From a virus: DNA of 64,000 nt. Both the position numbers and the translations under genes were made by a program. This document shows positions 39,752-48,533 of this stretch, one piece after another; positions within the stretch are counted from its first letter, which is position 1; each line of letters starts with the position of its first letter. The notes below the pieces were generated by a model. It did no database searches, was not told where the DNA came from, and saw only the letters and a list, made by a program, of their open reading frames with translations. The stretch is from IMG/VR virus record IMGVR_UViG_3300025141_000047, positions 28,799-92,798 of that record. The stretch is one strand, 5' to 3'.

Positions 39752-40458
39752 TAACTCATCACCCCTGATGCAACAAGACGCTGTTTCAATTCCACCCATT
39801 CTTGAGGTGATTTTTCCGAATAGAATTGTTGAAGCACATTGAGTATTGATACGGATTGCTTATCCTCAATTGTTTCGGCCTTCTCCATCCACTTTGTCAA
39901 TTCAACCAAAGTATCTCGAACTTCACGATGAACCTTCAAAGCGGTTTCAACATCACGCATTTCAATAACCTCTTCCTCATCATCAAATTGGTTTTCCACG
40001 TGATCAAGAACACGGCCAAGCAAACGATCTAAACGGTTCATATTTTTCTCAACACGCCCCAATGATTCATGGACTGTTTTCATAGCGTTTGGCAACGCTT
40101 CAATATGAACGTGTTGTTGAATTATTGGTTTTGTATGCTTCTCCATGTGAGTTGATACAAGGCTACTGGCAACCCCCAACTCAATTGCGAAGTCATCAAT
40201 ACCTGCTATTCCTTCAAGGATTGCCTTTTCAATTTGAGAACGGTTTGGGTCGGTGCAAATGGGGCATGAGGTATTGCTATTATTGTAATACTCACCAGAA
40301 TGCCTTCTCATGTGCCGATGAGTTGTTCCCTCAGCCCATTGATATTCTAAATCACAGTCTTTGACATCAAGAGAACCTTCAAGGATTTTCTTTTCGATTA
40401 AATCACGTTCTGGGTGCTGACAGAAGGAGCAATTTTTCCTTGTCTGCCGACCAGCCAT
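39751..40458 (-). CDS. Tandem Zn/HTH-repeat DNA-binding protein, candidate terminase small subunit
   Basis: Two repeats, CSFCQHPERDLIEKKILEG...HMRRH and CPICTDPNRSQIEKAILEG...HMEKH, then a coiled coil. Confidence 0.55.
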   Translation of the reverse strand: MAGRQTRKNCSFCQHPERDLIEKKILEGSLDVKDCDLEYQWAEGTTHRHMRRHSGEYYNNSNTSCPICTDPNRSQIEKAILEGIAGIDDFAIELGVASSLVSTHMEKHTKPIIQQHVHIEALPNAMKTVHESLGRVEKNMNRLDRLLGRVLDHVENQFDDEEEVIEMRDVETALKVHREVRDTLVELTKWMEKAETIEDKQSVSILNVLQQFYSEKSPQEWVELKQRLVASGVMS

Positions 40459-40480
40459 AATTTATCCCACCACCGTTGGC

Positions 40481-40708
40481 TTAATTGGTCTTTTGATAGT
40501 TCTTATGGGTATGACATAGGTTATTCTCATCCAAATTCCCATGCCGTTTGCATCTTTCGCCAGATTTTGTAATGGCGACACAAACCTCTTTGGTTTCTTT
40601 TCTTTTATTCATTATGATTCTTACATCATCCATGTCAAAATCACCATCGCCGTCTTGATCAAAGGGGGTCAAGAGGGGGCTATATGGGAGGGGGTTAAAC
40701 CGCCTCAT
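40481..40708 (-). CDS. Small protein with EF-hand-like loop and C3H Zn finger
   Basis: DQDGDGDFDMDD; CVAITKSGERCKR...CHTH. Start MRRFNP at 40708. Confidence 0.6.
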   Translation of the reverse strand: MRRFNPLPYSPLLTPFDQDGDGDFDMDDVRIIMNKRKETKEVCVAITKSGERCKRHGNLDENNLCHTHKNYQKTN

Positions 40709-40719
40709 TCCCGATGAGG

Positions 40720-40968
40720 CTACCGAAAAGAAGCAAATTGGCGAACTGCAATTGCGAAAGTGAATAGCAAACCGAATGCTCCCATCAAAACCTGTGTGGA
40801 GGTGAGTTCCGATCCTCTCCAAACAAGCATGACGAACATAGACATCATGAATGAGATAATAAAAATCATTGTTGCACTTTCAACCAACATTTTGTTGGGG
40901 CTGAGAATTGCGTTTGGTGCGCTGTAAAAATTTAGGTCTTGGCTGTTATCTGGTTGTTGATTGGTCAT
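40720..40968 (-). CDS. Small two-TM membrane protein
   Basis: Two hydrophobic helices; ATGA-coupled. Confidence 0.65.
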   Translation of the reverse strand: MTNQQPDNSQDLNFYSAPNAILSPNKMLVESATMIFIISFMMSMFVMLVWRGSELTSTQVLMGAFGLLFTFAIAVRQFASFR

Positions 40969-41606
40969 AGAACTGTTGCCCCCATTGCTGCACCCTTAGC
41001 GACTGTCGTTCCGAAGCCACCTTGTTGCTGGACTTGGTTTCCAAGCATTCCTCCAAGCAAACTGCCGAAGAATCCTGGTTGTTGTTGCGGATTCATACTC
41101 ATCCCCATTGAATGTGCTTGCATGAACATCTGTCTTTGTTGCTCATTCATTGCGATGGTTTGCTGTGCAGATGATTGAAGGCGAGTCATGGTCAAGCCGA
41201 GATTTTCTGGTGAAAGCGTGTTGATTGATGCTGGTAAAGAAGCGGCATCAAGGGTGATTTTACCCGCTTCGTCTTGAACAAAGGAAACTTGAGTAAAGAA
41301 CTCCTTAATTGACAATCGAACTACTTCTCCGATTAAATCCATGACCAAACCAATGTTTTGTGTAGTGATAAATTGCGCTACTGGGTCATTAAGTTGAAGC
41401 AAACGTGCGGTTGCGGTGACGGGATCGTTAGCCATCTGTTGCATCATTGGGTTTTGCGCCATTTGCATTCCCATCATAGAAGGGTCCATGCCCATTCCCA
41501 TGCCATTGTTCATGCCCATTCCCATGCCTTGCATTCCCATTTGTTGTTGAGGCGCACCAAATTGGGTGCTGCTTTGTGCCGTGTCGTTTCTTCCAAACCA
41601 TCCCAT
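40965..41606 (-). CDS. Q/M/G-rich protein with glycine-zipper-like C-terminus
   Basis: MGMQGMGMGMNNG repeats; GFFGSLLGGMLG...GAAMGA. Confidence 0.6.
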   Translation of the reverse strand: MGWFGRNDTAQSSTQFGAPQQQMGMQGMGMGMNNGMGMGMDPSMMGMQMAQNPMMQQMANDPVTATARLLQLNDPVAQFITTQNIGLVMDLIGEVVRLSIKEFFTQVSFVQDEAGKITLDAASLPASINTLSPENLGLTMTRLQSSAQQTIAMNEQQRQMFMQAHSMGMSMNPQQQPGFFGSLLGGMLGNQVQQQGGFGTTVAKGAAMGATVL

Positions 41607-41615
41607 GTCATTCAC

Positions 41616-42572
41616 CTACTGTTGAATTGCGCCTTCTTGACGAGCCATTAACTGTGCATTCATAGCACTTTGCATAGCAACTCCATTTGCCATAGCGTTT
41701 CTTTGAGCCATTACTGTTTCCGCTTGTAAAGCCCGTAAATCAAAAGTCACCTGCACAATATCCACCACCCCAGATGTTGGATTTGGGAGTTGAGTTAATT
41801 GAACTCCTTTGCTGTGTTGTGCGTCTTTGTGAATCATAGCAAAGAACGGTTCATATTTCAACAATGATTCACTGGTGCTTCTATTCTTTGCTTGTGAACC
41901 GCCCATCAGTGCGCCAACACCAGGAATGCGATTGAACTTTGTTCCTTTTGAAGCAATGCGGCTGAATCCTTCCTCAGCCATTTCATGTTCTTGAACTAAA
42001 GACTTCAAAGTGTGAAATATGTGAAGGTGTGCGGGGCAAAGAGAACTGCTCATTTCATCGCCGTGATCGCCATGTGTTCTCGCCAAAGGTTTTCGAGCAT
42101 TCCCTGTTTCTTCATCAAACCAATAGATGTCGGCTAAAGAAAGCCCTGTTGATTCATCAACAATGTGTGCATAGGCATTATCTCCTTCAAGGAATCTCCG
42201 AATATCAACGCCGCAACAAGCGCATTCATGTGCTGCATTGTAGCGATAGATTTTGAAAAGTCCCAGATTGTAATTTGGTGGCCTCAATGCTTTCCTGAGC
42301 ATTTTGATGTTTTGTTTTCGAGCCTTCTTAGGGTTCTTTGCATTCTGTTTCAATTGAATTTCAACAGTTGGAATCAATTGCTCATCCCCCACATCTCCCG
42401 TTGAACCTGCACTTGCCATCTCAGCACGTTGTTGCGATTTTAGCAACTCATAAGAAACCCCTGTTTGAGAGGACACTATTTTCAATTGCTCATCGTCTAA
42501 ACCATGCAATTTCAAGCCTCTTTGATAAGGCAAATATGACATCGGGTTCAATGCTCTTGCATTCCACGCCAT
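41616..42572 (-). CDS. Hypothetical protein with putative Zn site
   Basis: Start MAWNA (GGGAGG SD); CACCG...LCPAH. Confidence 0.6.
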   Translation of the reverse strand: MAWNARALNPMSYLPYQRGLKLHGLDDEQLKIVSSQTGVSYELLKSQQRAEMASAGSTGDVGDEQLIPTVEIQLKQNAKNPKKARKQNIKMLRKALRPPNYNLGLFKIYRYNAAHECACCGVDIRRFLEGDNAYAHIVDESTGLSLADIYWFDEETGNARKPLARTHGDHGDEMSSSLCPAHLHIFHTLKSLVQEHEMAEEGFSRIASKGTKFNRIPGVGALMGGSQAKNRSTSESLLKYEPFFAMIHKDAQHSKGVQLTQLPNPTSGVVDIVQVTFDLRALQAETVMAQRNAMANGVAMQSAMNAQLMARQEGAIQQ

Positions 42573-42609
42573 TAACCCTCCCATAACTGACAACATGATA
42601 AGGGTTCTC

Positions 42610-43341
42610 CTACAAAGAATCCAATAATTCAATTAAACTCTTTTCAACGTTAATTCCGTGTTGAGAAGACATAGCCATCACCTCAGCACGAATACCTGCT
42701 TTACGCAATCGTTTCAAAGAGTCACGGAAAGGGGCGACAATGGGGTGTTCCTTTTGTAATCCTAAGTTCCAAAGCGTTTCAGCCCGATCATCCCACCAAA
42801 TATCCATTTTATTCACCATTAAACAAAATAAGCGAGGGGTATATTTTTTTGAGTTCTTTTTTGCTTTGCGTGATATTTTTTTGGTGATGTCTTTTTTGGT
42901 GATGTTATCCACCAGATAAGAAAGACTCGCCGCAGCATCCATAGCAAACTGCATCGAAGTCATGGCTCGGTGATCAACCATGAAAATAACCAGTTCAACA
43001 TTTCTTCCGAACATATCATCAATCCAAAGGTTGCGAAACATTGAATCCCCTGCAATATCTGTTGTAGTAATTGGTTTTTTCACCTTCACCATGCGAACCT
43101 GTTTTCGAGATTCTTGAGGTTGCCTAAATCCTGTTTGAGTATTGGATTTGGGGTGTGCAGTTCTCATGTGAAACGGAATAGGGTCAATATCACCTGGAAC
43201 AGTGAGGTATTGATCAAGAGTTGTCTTTCCAACCATTGATGGTCCGTAAATCCCGACTCTAAACGGTCTAAGAATGCGATATAATGTGTAAAGGGCTGAG
43301 GCGGAGGCCATAACCATGTGTCCCGCAATTAGGGCTGACAT
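42610..43341 (-). CDS. Ras-superfamily small GTPase with hydrophobic N-terminal helix
   Basis: G1 GPSMVGKTT, G2 RT, G3 DIAG, G4 NKMD, G5 MSS. Confidence 0.85.
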   Translation of the reverse strand: MSALIAGHMVMASASALYTLYRILRPFRVGIYGPSMVGKTTLDQYLTVPGDIDPIPFHMRTAHPKSNTQTGFRQPQESRKQVRMVKVKKPITTTDIAGDSMFRNLWIDDMFGRNVELVIFMVDHRAMTSMQFAMDAAASLSYLVDNITKKDITKKISRKAKKNSKKYTPRLFCLMVNKMDIWWDDRAETLWNLGLQKEHPIVAPFRDSLKRLRKAGIRAEVMAMSSQHGINVEKSLIELLDSL

Positions 43342-43351
43342 GGTTCAAGCC

Positions 43352-43576
43352 TCAATTGAAAATTCCTTTGATTTTCTCCCAAACGTCTGTTGGCGATAGC
43401 CCCACTACATCGAGTCCGATTAAGATCGCAAAAGTCAAGGCGATTCCGCCAATTAAAGCAACAAATGTCCTGACCCATCCAGCAACCCTCTCCATTTTTC
43501 TTTCGTAAGCATTTTCAGCGAGTATTTGCGACATCGCTTCGGTTTGTCGCTCTTGTTGAGTTGTGAAAGGCCACAT
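43352..43576 (-). CDS. Small single-TM membrane protein
   Basis: FVALIGGIALTFAILIGL helix. Confidence 0.65.
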   Translation of the reverse strand: MWPFTTQQERQTEAMSQILAENAYERKMERVAGWVRTFVALIGGIALTFAILIGLDVVGLSPTDVWEKIKGIFN

Positions 43577-43595
43577 GATTACACCCAAGAGTCAA

Positions 43596-44036
43596 TCATT
43601 CTTCTTTCTTGTCATTCGGGATTCCAAATGTGTTTTGTGTTGGCGGCGCATATTGGCCTTGTTGGTTTTGCCAATAATTTTGTTTAGATGCCCTGCGTTG
43701 AGCCAAACGTGCTTGTTGTCGTTGCCACTTATCCACTTGATTTTCTCTTGAGAACTCAGCCCTCATAGCCAAAGAATCTCGAATGCCGCCTACATGGAAA
43801 AGAACCATTGAAGTGCAAAGGAAACCAAAAGCGATCAATCCGTATTGTAGCCCCATTTCACCTGCCCCTGCATCTGGGAGATACCAACCTGCGTGAGAAA
43901 TTGCTACTGCGATCCCCGTCAAAAGGGCTTGCCATAGCAACATCGCAATGAGGTTAATGTCAATTCTGTTTGTATCGTCGGGCATATATGGGGGCGGATA
44001 AAAGCCCCGTTGCTGTTTTTCATCAGGTTTAGTCAT
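43596..44036 (-). CDS. Two-TM membrane protein with Q-rich tail
   Basis: Two hydrophobic helices; AGGTGA SD. Confidence 0.65.
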   Translation of the reverse strand: MTKPDEKQQRGFYPPPYMPDDTNRIDINLIAMLLWQALLTGIAVAISHAGWYLPDAGAGEMGLQYGLIAFGFLCTSMVLFHVGGIRDSLAMRAEFSRENQVDKWQRQQARLAQRRASKQNYWQNQQGQYAPPTQNTFGIPNDKKEE

Positions 44037-44175
44037 CGGTATTCACCTTTTCCTTGTTTTTGAAGTAAAAGGCAAGCGCATGATTAACAAAGGATGATTT
44101 GGACTCACGCCCTCGTTCTGCTTCCATTTTAACAAAAAGTTGCTCTCTCATCACAACAGAAACGTGCTTGCCCAT
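44029..44175 (-). CDS. Ribbon-helix-helix (CopG-like) regulator, 48 aa
   Basis: Below the track cut-off. MGKHVSVVMREQLFVKMEAERGRESKSSFVNHALAFYF shows the RHH strand-helix-S-K-S-helix pattern; GGGAGGT SD. Confidence 0.7.
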   Translation of the reverse strand: MGKHVSVVMREQLFVKMEAERGRESKSSFVNHALAFYFKNKEKVNTDD

Positions 44176-44255
44176 TGATACCTCCCATGCTTGACAGGTA
44201 TATGAACTATGACGGTATAAACAACATGAAATAAGAGGGGAAGTGTGGATATATC
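44176..44255. promoter_or_regulatory. Divergent promoter region
   Basis: Intergenic between divergent genes. TTCATATA lies 23 nt before the RHH ATG, and the same octamer lies 25 nt before the protease ATG (22683). Confidence 0.45.
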
Positions 44256-44768
44256 ATGTCCGATGTGAATTTGATTGAAGCGGTGCATACCCTACGATCA
44301 TACAACATTGCATTAAATGGAATGACAAATGACCCTCAAAGCATCTCTTCATGGATTACTCGATATGCTGAGAACTCAGGAAAAGCCCCTAATTTTACCC
44401 AAGAGGCCGCTATTGGTTTGCTTTGTCATTTAGGAAACCCAATTTATGTGTATGCAAATCTAAGCCCTCTTCAACAACAATGGTCTGGGATATTCGCAAG
44501 TGCGGAACAGGTTTTGATTCAAGAAGCAAACTGGCAAAACACCCAACATTCGCAAAATAGCCAAACCTCTTTTGCACGATTGTTTGGAACAGATAAAGAA
44601 TGGATTCAACTTTACGCTCAATCACTACAATATCCAATGGATATTTCATTTGAGTATTTTGTGAATAAAATTATCTCCGATCTCCGAACCTGTCAAGGTT
44701 CAAGTGGTGCAGGTGGAATCTCTCATTCACCAATGACTCCGCCGAGTATGCAACAACAGATACCTTAG
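44256..44768 (+). CDS. Hypothetical protein, the only credible plus-strand gene
   Basis: 170 aa ORF filling a gap with no competing minus-strand gene; stop overlaps the convergent MTase stop. Confidence 0.65.
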   Translation: MSDVNLIEAVHTLRSYNIALNGMTNDPQSISSWITRYAENSGKAPNFTQEAAIGLLCHLGNPIYVYANLSPLQQQWSGIFASAEQVLIQEANWQNTQHSQNSQTSFARLFGTDKEWIQLYAQSLQYPMDISFEYFVNKIISDLRTCQGSSGAGGISHSPMTPPSMQQQIP

Positions 44769-47059
44769 AATAAAGTGCGTTGCGCTGGCTGAGGATTCTT
44801 TGCACGTTCCCATGCTGATTGGAATGCGTCTTGATCAATGTTCGCCATAGCCATAAGTTCTCCAACCGTTCCTCTTGTGTTTGGATCGGAACTTGAAAGG
44901 TCTTTTCGACCCAATTCATGGATTGTAAATCCAGCATCACGCAACGGTTCAACAATTGAAGGGTGCATTGAATTGAAAACCGTAGTCGGAATGCCCCTGT
45001 TCTTTGCATCAATCATTTGTTGAATGAGCCGTTCTTGCTCATCCTTTCCAAAGAAACCATGTGCGCCCTCTTCACCAAAGTAAGGAGGGTCAAATGTCAA
45101 TAGGTTCTTGTCGGCTTTCATTTGGTCTTTGATGTCGTCATAGAACTCAAAGGCATTACCTGTTCTCCAATCCCAGTCTTTCATAGCATCATGCCAGGGT
45201 GTGAAATCATGTTCCCCGACCCCCCCTCGAATTGGAGTTGGTCGGAAAGCGTTGCCCCCTGGTTGAATACGGCCTTTGTATCGGTCTTTTTCAGGGTCGT
45301 AAAATCCAGCATCCTTCATTTGTTGGAAAAATGAACCTGCTAATTCTTCATCTTCGGGGATATGTTGCTTTGAACGTGTAGTTCCTGGTGGAGTTGAATA
45401 TGGATTATCCCATGAAGGCATTTCTTTTCCTTTGCCGTATCGAACCAAACTGTTGAAGCCAGTCAATTGAAGCATATAGAAAATCTCAGCCATTTTATCA
45501 TACTCTTCGGGAGTTGCAGTTCCACTTGCTGCCTTTTCCCTCAATCCAGCGTATTGATTGCGGAGATTGTAAAAATGTGCTGGAATAAAAGTTCTGTTGC
45601 CTTCACCGAAACGATTCTTCATCTCTTCCGTCATTGTTCCGATATTCATTTGACCTAATGTTGGATGAGGGATTGTGATTGGTTCGCCCACCCCCACATT
45701 GTATTGTTCAGGGTCTATTTTCATTGGTTCTCGGATGATTCTTCGCATTAAATTGCCTATATCTGGGTTTATGTCGTTAATGATTGCTCTTGATGGTTTA
45801 AACCCCAATGAGAGTCCTCCACCACCACCGAATGTTTCAATCATTTCACGATCTCCAAGCGTTTCACGCAATGCGCCCATTATTTGGGAATACATGGGAT
45901 TGTTTTTGACTCCTTGAAGTCGAAACGCCGTAGGTAATGCTTGCCTTCGGCTAAAATCGCCAGACGATGGATGCGGCATCTTTTCAAGACTCATTTCATC
46001 TCGTATTTGTATGCTCTCTAAAGCCCTGCGGATAACATCGCCAGATAAAGCAGCATCCCATGATTCAAGACCTGCATTTGTCAAATCACGTGGATCGAAG
46101 TAAATTCCATGTGTTCCTGTGGTGATTCCACGTGATAATGCAGGGCGTAAATCCCCTGTAATGCTCATTGGAACTGGAACCCCTTCAAATCGGTGTCCTG
46201 ATGGATCAACATATTCCAAATAACGGCCTCCGCCTTGTTGTATGCTATCTCTCACCCTATCTGGTGCTTCATTTTGAGCAAACTGCAAAGGTATTTTCAA
46301 CAATGGATCAACTGAACCAGATACTTTGTAGTCAAGCGGCTCACGCCAGGGATGCCCTGCATCGACACGATACCTTCTATTATCAAATTGGAATCTCTTT
46401 CTTCCAAGAGAACGGTCTTTGATGTCATAAACGTCATACCCAAATCGAGGGGCTTCAATCAATTGCCCACCTGCATTCCAAGAAACTTGGGCATCGCCGT
46501 ATGGATTGCGATCCAAAACAATTTCTTGATTCATCCCTAAAATCTCTTGAGGACTACGCTTTCCTTCTATCAAGTCCATGAGTTCTTGATGTTCTAAATT
46601 TCCTCTCGACCATAGGTGTTCAGTTCGTTGTGGGTTTTTTCTTGGGTCTTTTTCCCTCAACACATACGCATTTTTTTGGGCGTTCCTACTCACGTCAAAA
46701 TGAGGGTCACGGAGAGGTAAAAAATTAGAGATTGATGTTAAACTATCCCCTATTTTCGGAAAGTTCCTTTTTACTGTCAAAACGCCTGTATCTCGCCTAA
46801 TATCTCCACTTGGCAAGCGACCAGGTGATATATGACCTGCATTCGCTAAATTTCTAAATGCCGATATGTTGAATGGTCGTTCCTTTTTATCGCCAGAAGG
46901 ATAATTGCGCCAATCTTCACGGAAAGTGTTTAATTGACCTTTCATGTTCTCAAGAGGATATGCGTTCACGCCATCTAATGAAATCGTTCCTAATTCTGGC
47001 CGATCTCGCTTTTGAGTATCGAGGCTATCCCACCACGCCTTCTCGAATATGTCCGACAT
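44765..47059 (-). CDS. Unknown N-terminal domain fused to a Dam-like (D12 class) N6-adenine DNA methyltransferase
   Basis: FRLQGVK, ETFGGGG, IINDINPD, GFNSLVRY and FDPPY motifs; C-terminal QRTLF. Confidence 0.85.
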   Translation of the reverse strand: MSDIFEKAWWDSLDTQKRDRPELGTISLDGVNAYPLENMKGQLNTFREDWRNYPSGDKKERPFNISAFRNLANAGHISPGRLPSGDIRRDTGVLTVKRNFPKIGDSLTSISNFLPLRDPHFDVSRNAQKNAYVLREKDPRKNPQRTEHLWSRGNLEHQELMDLIEGKRSPQEILGMNQEIVLDRNPYGDAQVSWNAGGQLIEAPRFGYDVYDIKDRSLGRKRFQFDNRRYRVDAGHPWREPLDYKVSGSVDPLLKIPLQFAQNEAPDRVRDSIQQGGGRYLEYVDPSGHRFEGVPVPMSITGDLRPALSRGITTGTHGIYFDPRDLTNAGLESWDAALSGDVIRRALESIQIRDEMSLEKMPHPSSGDFSRRQALPTAFRLQGVKNNPMYSQIMGALRETLGDREMIETFGGGGGLSLGFKPSRAIINDINPDIGNLMRRIIREPMKIDPEQYNVGVGEPITIPHPTLGQMNIGTMTEEMKNRFGEGNRTFIPAHFYNLRNQYAGLREKAASGTATPEEYDKMAEIFYMLQLTGFNSLVRYGKGKEMPSWDNPYSTPPGTTRSKQHIPEDEELAGSFFQQMKDAGFYDPEKDRYKGRIQPGGNAFRPTPIRGGVGEHDFTPWHDAMKDWDWRTGNAFEFYDDIKDQMKADKNLLTFDPPYFGEEGAHGFFGKDEQERLIQQMIDAKNRGIPTTVFNSMHPSIVEPLRDAGFTIHELGRKDLSSSDPNTRGTVGELMAMANIDQDAFQSAWERAKNPQPAQRTLF

Positions 47060-48183
47060 TATGCCCCCTCCCCTCGATTAAGCCTTATTTTCCCAACCTG
47101 TGGTTTGTTGATATATGAAACATTAGGAACATCACCATCCATACAGGCCAAGCAATTTGCGCTCTCTTCTGGACCGTATGTTGCGTTTGGAACGCAAGCC
47201 TTTGCCGATGAATTGGGGTCATCTTTCGGACAAAAATGCGTATCTCCAACTATTGCTGAATCAGGCAACATTCCCGTATTGACAAGCCATTCATCCCATA
47301 CTTCTGATCTCAATGTTTGAGGATGGTCTAAGACCCTGCGCTGTCCTGGATTCAAAACTCCGTGTTCTCCAACAACATTTCGATTCCATTCATCATCAAT
47401 CGTTTGATTCCTAAACGGCATTGACATTCTTAATCTAACATTTGGAGGCAACGCATCATGAGCATAACCTCTTGCTGACAAGACTTTATTCACCATTCCA
47501 AACTCTCTTGTTGGAATCCAATGAATCACGTCTGGATTCAAAGTCGCCATATCAAGAAGCATAGCCAAATGTTCAGGTGAATGCAAATCTCCCGAATCAA
47601 ACATACGGAATACGGGATAGCCGTTATGTGATTCTGTGGGGATCTGTGAAGCCAATTGAGAATGATAACCGATAGGGTCTTGCAGCATATCATTGTAAGC
47701 CTTTAATTGATTTCGAGTCGCATTGTTGTTATTGTAGGTGAATCCCTCAGCATAGCACCCATAGCAAGTTGAATCTCTTTTGTCTTTCAAATGTTTTCCA
47801 GTCGCACATAGTTCCGTTGGATATGATGTTGAGCGTGAAGGCATTGTTGTTGTTTCAGCCAAATAAACAGGCAAACGTCTATCCGAATCCCCCATTGGAT
47901 TGCTAAAATCAATGTTAGGAAGGTTTCTTGTTGCGTGGTGTTCCGCCAACAGGTTTTGATTCAAAGGATAATTCATTTTGACCTTACGAAGATCGGTCAT
48001 TTTTCTTTCGCCTTCGGGCGAATTGATGTAATTTTGAACTTCAATACCGCCCTTTGGGAACTTTTCAGGGGCATAAAGCAACTCATTCCACGTGAAATCC
48101 ATTGGGTCAATTTGCTTTTGACCTCTTGGACCGTCAATCAAAGGCATTTTTAACAATGACCAAACGGTTTCAAAGGCTTGCAT
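47059..48183 (-). CDS. Leader-bearing Gp88-like Cys-rich protein (possible Fe-S/radical-SAM-like fold)
   Basis: MQAFETVWSLLK leader; C...CYGCYA, FRMFDSGDL, WIPTRE and C-terminal CP...C...CLAC. Confidence 0.65.
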   Translation of the reverse strand: MQAFETVWSLLKMPLIDGPRGQKQIDPMDFTWNELLYAPEKFPKGGIEVQNYINSPEGERKMTDLRKVKMNYPLNQNLLAEHHATRNLPNIDFSNPMGDSDRRLPVYLAETTTMPSRSTSYPTELCATGKHLKDKRDSTCYGCYAEGFTYNNNNATRNQLKAYNDMLQDPIGYHSQLASQIPTESHNGYPVFRMFDSGDLHSPEHLAMLLDMATLNPDVIHWIPTREFGMVNKVLSARGYAHDALPPNVRLRMSMPFRNQTIDDEWNRNVVGEHGVLNPGQRRVLDHPQTLRSEVWDEWLVNTGMLPDSAIVGDTHFCPKDDPNSSAKACVPNATYGPEESANCLACMDGDVPNVSYINKPQVGKIRLNRGEGA

Positions 48184-48188
48184 AAATC

Positions 48189-48533
48189 TCAATCCTTCTT
48201 CACTTTAGCATGAAGCCGCCTAAGCGTTTCACTTTGGAGGTTTGCTGGCTTTCTGGTTGCAGGTTTCTTTGGAGGCTCATTCCCCTTTGCCCTCGCAATC
48301 ATACGATCCATCGTTGAATTTCCAGTTGGGTTGTCTTTCTTTGGTTTTTCAGTGGCCTTATTTTCCTTTGGCTTATTTATTTCAGCCATATTATCATCAA
48401 CTGCCGCATCAATATCCTTGTTGCGGTCACTTTCATTCCACCATGCTTCTTTAGCGAGTAAATCCCATACACGGTCAAAGCATTCGCCAGCCATGTGATC
48501 GGCAAAGCGACTTTGGCTATCAATTTGACTCAT
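48189..48533 (-). CDS. Leader-bearing small basic protein
   Basis: CFDRVWDLLAK near the N-terminus; coupled on both sides. Confidence 0.6.
   Translation of the reverse strand: MSQIDSQSRFADHMAGECFDRVWDLLAKEAWWNESDRNKDIDAAVDDNMAEINKPKENKATEKPKKDNPTGNSTMDRMIARAKGNEPPKKPATRKPANLQSETLRRLHAKVKKD

Noticed and set aside
44795-44825. AFQSAWERAK near the Dam-like C-terminus as another leader copy
   Set aside because: Matches F-x3-W-x3-K but lacks the two hydrophobic residues before Lys; may be chance.
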